Positions 59,490 through 64,000 of a stretch of 64,000 nucleotides of DNA are shown here, in pieces; positions within the stretch are counted from its first letter, which is position 1; each line of letters starts with the position of its first letter. The stretch is taken from positions 4,340,001-4,404,000 of the forward strand of contig CM035360.1 of assembly GCA_020137815.1 (NCBI GenBank), written 5' to 3'. The stretch comes from Hormiphora californensis (lineage: Eukaryota; Animalia; Ctenophora). Made by a program: the position numbers and the translations under genes. The notes under the pieces are model-generated. The model was not told the DNA's origin and ran no database searches. It was given only the letters and a program-made list of their open reading frames with translations.

Positions 59490-60600
59490 TCAGTCTCTGA
59501 CGGCCGTATCATGATTGTGTTGTTCACTTGTCCATCTTGTGTCCAGTTCAATCCATCCATTCTTGTGTGACTCAATAACAGTCATCTATGTGGTACACGG
59601 CTGCTGCGCTGGTTCAAGTTGTGATAATCTTATACTGATCTGAAATAAAACATGTTAGAAAGTTGCATCTTGATCTAACAGCTGCCAGAATACTTGGAGT
59701 GGTCTCCTGATCCCAAACCATCTTTTTGAATTACATAATGACACATCAATCACCCCTCTAATATGATAACTACCCAATTACCACATATATAACTTACTGT
59801 TATCTTTGTTATCCTTTGGACAGGTAAATGTGAAGCTGTAGTGGACGTCCAGGTACTCTCCCCCTGATACGTGACAACACTCGTGACAAGACGCCTGGGG
59901 AAACAGGAGAGGGGTTATAGAGGGCAGCTGGGAGGGGGCAGCTGGGAGGGCAGGGTAATAAGGGGGTTATTATATAATAGGACATGACGCCTGGGAATAG
60001 GGGGATATGCCACTATATACGAAACGAGCGTTAATCTCCATGCCTTTCCCATTGATCACACATCATTCAAAATAAAACGATGAATCCTACTACTTACGGA
60101 TGAGGGAAGAAGTCGGATCCGGGAAGTTATCTTGCTGATTCCGGATACAAGGTAAAATGTAAACTCCTGCTTCTGACCCGTCAACTGAAGAAATTGTATG
60201 GTTTTAGTGAAAAATAACCGGTATGTTCTAGGCTCTAGCCTAAGAGTTGCAACACAGTATTTCAGTTTCTGAATAAATAAGTTGAAGAATCGGCTGTTTT
60301 TGAGTCCAAAGAGCCATGACAATTAAGTGGATGATAATTCCAAGATCTCAATTCTAACCTGCTTGGTGGGTGAGTTCCTCGACGCTTTTCCCTGGAGTGC
60401 CTCTATAGCAGTGTGATTCAGAGGAGAGTGGTTTGACATAAAGATATTATTGCCATTAGCTGATGTTGTACAGGATCCTGTTTTAAACTGACATCTCTGG
60501 GATTTAACTCCCGACTGGCCCGGCCTGGAAGATCAAGAAGAAGGTCGATTAGGTGGATTGGTTTTGTTTGGTTTGTGTCACTTGTTTTGTGTTCAAACCC

Positions 60601-60632
<32 letters not shown>

Positions 60633-62714
60633 TGGTCGAGCAAGAGCTTAGTATCACAACAGTAATAAATGTATATTCATACTCACACAATATCGACGGT
60701 AAGGTAGTTCTTGTTGGTTAACATAGCGTATTCTTCCACCGATAAGCTCACCGTGTACTTGCAGTCCAAACTGAGGTAGTTAGTGTTAGTTGTAAGTAAA
60801 CTGCTGTCTGGCCCCAATTTGATTCGACAGTGCGCTCAGATGCCCAGATGGGTGCGCTCAGATGGGGTCGGCGGCGCCAGACAGGTAAACAGTGGATATG
60901 TGTGTTTAGTGGGTAGTGTTTACACACGAATTTAGAAATGTTTAGGCATGACAAATACACATTTAACTAACTACACAACCTAACAATTAAAGTTATCATC
61001 ATATTACCGTTTGCCCTGTTGACTGTACTGTAGCTCATATTTACTGCTACTGAGACCAGGGAACTGGGTAATATCACAGTTTGCAGTATCAAATATATCA
61101 GGGTGTATCGGGGGTGGGGGTGTGTGAGAGGGACCGTACGTGTAGGGCATCACCACCGTCTTGGTTTGTTCCGCAGAGTCCGTAGGTGGAACTGGGATGG
61201 ACTGCAGGAGGGGAGAGAGTGATTAGTTATAAGAATCCACTCTATTATATGATCCTGATGACGCCTAACAAAGTTCAGCCGAAAGATTCTGATTTTAAAT
61301 TCTTAAATCTTAGTATGTACTGCTAAAATTTACCAGTACTAAGATAGATCTAAATCGCTGTTTTTTTAAAAAATCATAAGATCCTCCATATCTTACCTTG
61401 TTGTCGCTTGGTTTAGCAATTGGGTGATGGGAGGTTACGATGTTAGCATTGTGGTGCATTACTACAAACATGCAGATAACAGCAGCGAGACAGAGGATCA
61501 CCACCCCTGAGAGGGCACACACTGCTTTCTGCATCATTCGCAGGGACTTCCTGACACTCGAATTAGACTTTAGGGAATCTGGGGGAGGGGATAGTTAGGG
61601 GTCTTCTGCATCATTCGCAGAGACTTCCTGACACTCGAATTGGACTTTAGGGAATCTGGGAGGGAGTAACATTGGGGTGAGGAAAGGGTCACGAAACACC
61701 CGACTATTTAGACATTAAAGGCACATTCACGGAGATGTGAAACGGAGTAAAAATACTAAAACATGCACTAACCAGTTGATGAGAAGACGCTCTTCTGCTT
61801 TCTGCTACACTTGGTAAAGTTGGAGTTTAGTGTACTCTTACTCCCAAACTTCCTCTTGAACCGATCAACCAGGCCTGTGTTCACCTGCACGCAAAGTTAT
61901 CGGCGTTAACAATAAAGAAACTGTCTACAATGTGATGTGTCTCGGACCAGAATGTTGTTATGTTCTAATCCTCCTTAACATTTGTAAAGGGTCGAACAGG
62001 GCAAGAATATGAGTATAAACTGATGAATCACTGTCTAACTTTCTAACCTGTTCAAGGTGATCAATTTTCTCAATAATATCGTCAGTAATTCCACTCAGCT
62101 CCTTCACCGCACCAACCCCTGCCATGTAGATCCTGTCCTTGTTAACTGTCAGCAGATTGGAGCTGGAACTGGTACTGGAACTGGCGTCACCGTCATGCCC
62201 ACCACCATCTCGTTTAACCGCATCCGGGAGGATGTTTTGTACCTGTTAGGGATATTAATAATTTAATTATTTCTACTGACATTGTTAGGGATCGCAATAA
62301 TGTAGTCTAGTTATAACATCGCGTGTAGTGGGAGACAACACATACCTCCTGAGCGATAACACCAAATTGTGGCTCATCCACATCGATATTATTCTGTTTT
62401 GAGAAGTCCTCAGTGTACTGATATTTGTAGAGGTTCAACTGTTTCACCTTGTTCAGCTCATCAGCAGTACTTGCCGGTCTGATATTCTCCTTCACTCGCC
62501 GGTCACTGGGTTAGGAACATGTTCGAATTATAATTATTAGTTCAACTTGCCCGGTTGCTACATATATCACGCCCAGTTTTAGATGTGCCAAACATAGAAT
62601 GATATCTCTGTACCTGTACTGATTGATATTCCCAGAGACGAGAAGATTCCCACCGACAGCGAGGGTAGCATGCTCTGGTCGTTCCATGTTGATACCAACA
62701 TTACCCTGGGAGAG

Positions 62715-62802
<88 letters not shown>

Positions 62803-62867
62803 GAGAGAGAGTGAGAGAGAGAGAGACACAAACACAGAGATAGAGTGAGAGAGAGATAGAGATGCAT

Positions 62868-62930
<63 letters not shown>

Positions 62931-63905
62931 GTATAGCGTACCATATATCTGATAGAGGACGCATCGACCCGTTCCCACAGTTGTTGTTCCAGATCAAAGT
63001 TGCTGGGGGAGCTCGCCCTCACGATAATCCTGTCACTGATACAAATTGCCACTGGGTACACCTTGCCAGAGTTGGTCTCTGCGTTGAGAGATACCACCAG
63101 GGAGAAAAACCTGGGACGATGAGATGAGAGGGTAATAATGATCTCAAGATGCTGCCATCGGAGCAGAAACTCAACCAAACGTAGGCTAATTGCTCAAGAA
63201 CAAAAGACAGCTAATAGGGAAAATAATAACTTGATTCAACTAAACATCTCCTTACCTTTGGTTAGGGTTAGGTTTCCCCTTTTTTCTCATGTTATTTTCA
63301 GTCGTGGCGCTAAAGTGTAGCCGTGGAATTGTCTTGGTCAGGCTTCCACTTTGGAATTCAACCCTGCACGTTGTGAAATAATTAATAATATGGGTAACAA
63401 AGATGAAGTCTACATAATTATCAGGAACCGGAGATATGACCATTTGAACTTAGCAAAAAGCCAGCCGATATTGGAAGTTTACCTCTGAGGGTCAAGGCTG
63501 TATTTTTGTCTCTCTACGGTGCTCTGGTTGATTGGTATTAAGTGGTCTTTATTCTCATTCTTAAAGCCGTGTAACGTTATGTGAAAACCACGAATACCCT
63601 CCAAGCCGTTCTGAATGGAAAATAATGGGTTAGGGAGCTGAGATAAATAAATCCCTGAAAAGTCACCTTCAGACAAGTGTATTCAAAATATTTGAATAGT
63701 GTCGACTGTCGAGAGTTCCTGCAATTCAAAATGAACAACGGTTGAGTCACACCTACCTCAACTTTCAAGTACTTTGCCCCAGTGACACCATACGCAGAGA
63801 CGGTAACTTGAAAGTGGTTCTTCTTTTGGCTAACAAAAGCTGCATGTGCCTCAGAGTGTACGAATCCCTTGTCGGCACTCACAGTGTATTTGAATCCGTC
63901 ACTGC
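59490..63905 (-). CDS. MYRF: Myelin regulatory factor (NDT80 DNA-binding domain, ICA/peptidase S74, TM, luminal tail); 5' end outside window, 3' end approximate
   Basis: [19 protein letters not shown]; [29 protein letters not shown]; [11 protein letters not shown]; GNVGIN; SDRRVKENI; FGVIAQEV; [25 protein letters not shown]. Confidence 0.95.
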
Positions 63906-64000
63906 AAGGATTATAATTGTTTAGTTAGGAAAGTCCAGTATATTTACTGTGCTAAGGACGCATAAATATGATTTAATTATAAGCGATAGTTCAAGGGTTG

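Overview
Gene-dense, intron-rich animal genomic DNA. The short introns, (CT)n/(CTGT)n microsatellites, divergent intronless GPCR and gene content suggest a ctenophore (cydippid type); this is inference, not a database match. The assembly is imperfect: homopolymer-rich junk at about 4.1-4.9 kb and 21.7-24.1 kb, degraded sequence at about 11.2-12.6 kb, and frequent single-base indels in exons. Genes, left to right: 3' part of a GPCR, an F-box gene, a Cys-rich/kringle gene, a ~21.5 kb minus-strand myosin with degenerate switch I and II whose introns hold a HES bHLH-Orange-WRPW gene, a secreted sushi protein and a GPCR; two tandem RRM/SR-like genes; four small His/Gly/Pro-rich genes; a secreted beta-rich protein; an FSIP2-like coiled-coil gene; a three-dsRBD gene; and most of MYRF. 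One ~100 bp intron of the second RRM gene has grown to 9.7 kb through nested insertions: poly-G-ended foldback, L2 LINE, Helitron, MITE, a perfect palindrome and an intact Merlin (IS1595-like) transposon. The best candidate for an undescribed system is that Merlin element. Besides its DDE transposase it carries a second gene (CCHC zinc knuckle plus a CCDC106-like domain), a highly structured inter-ORF region, and a subterminal hairpin whose 8-nt loop exactly copies the element's terminal 8 nt.
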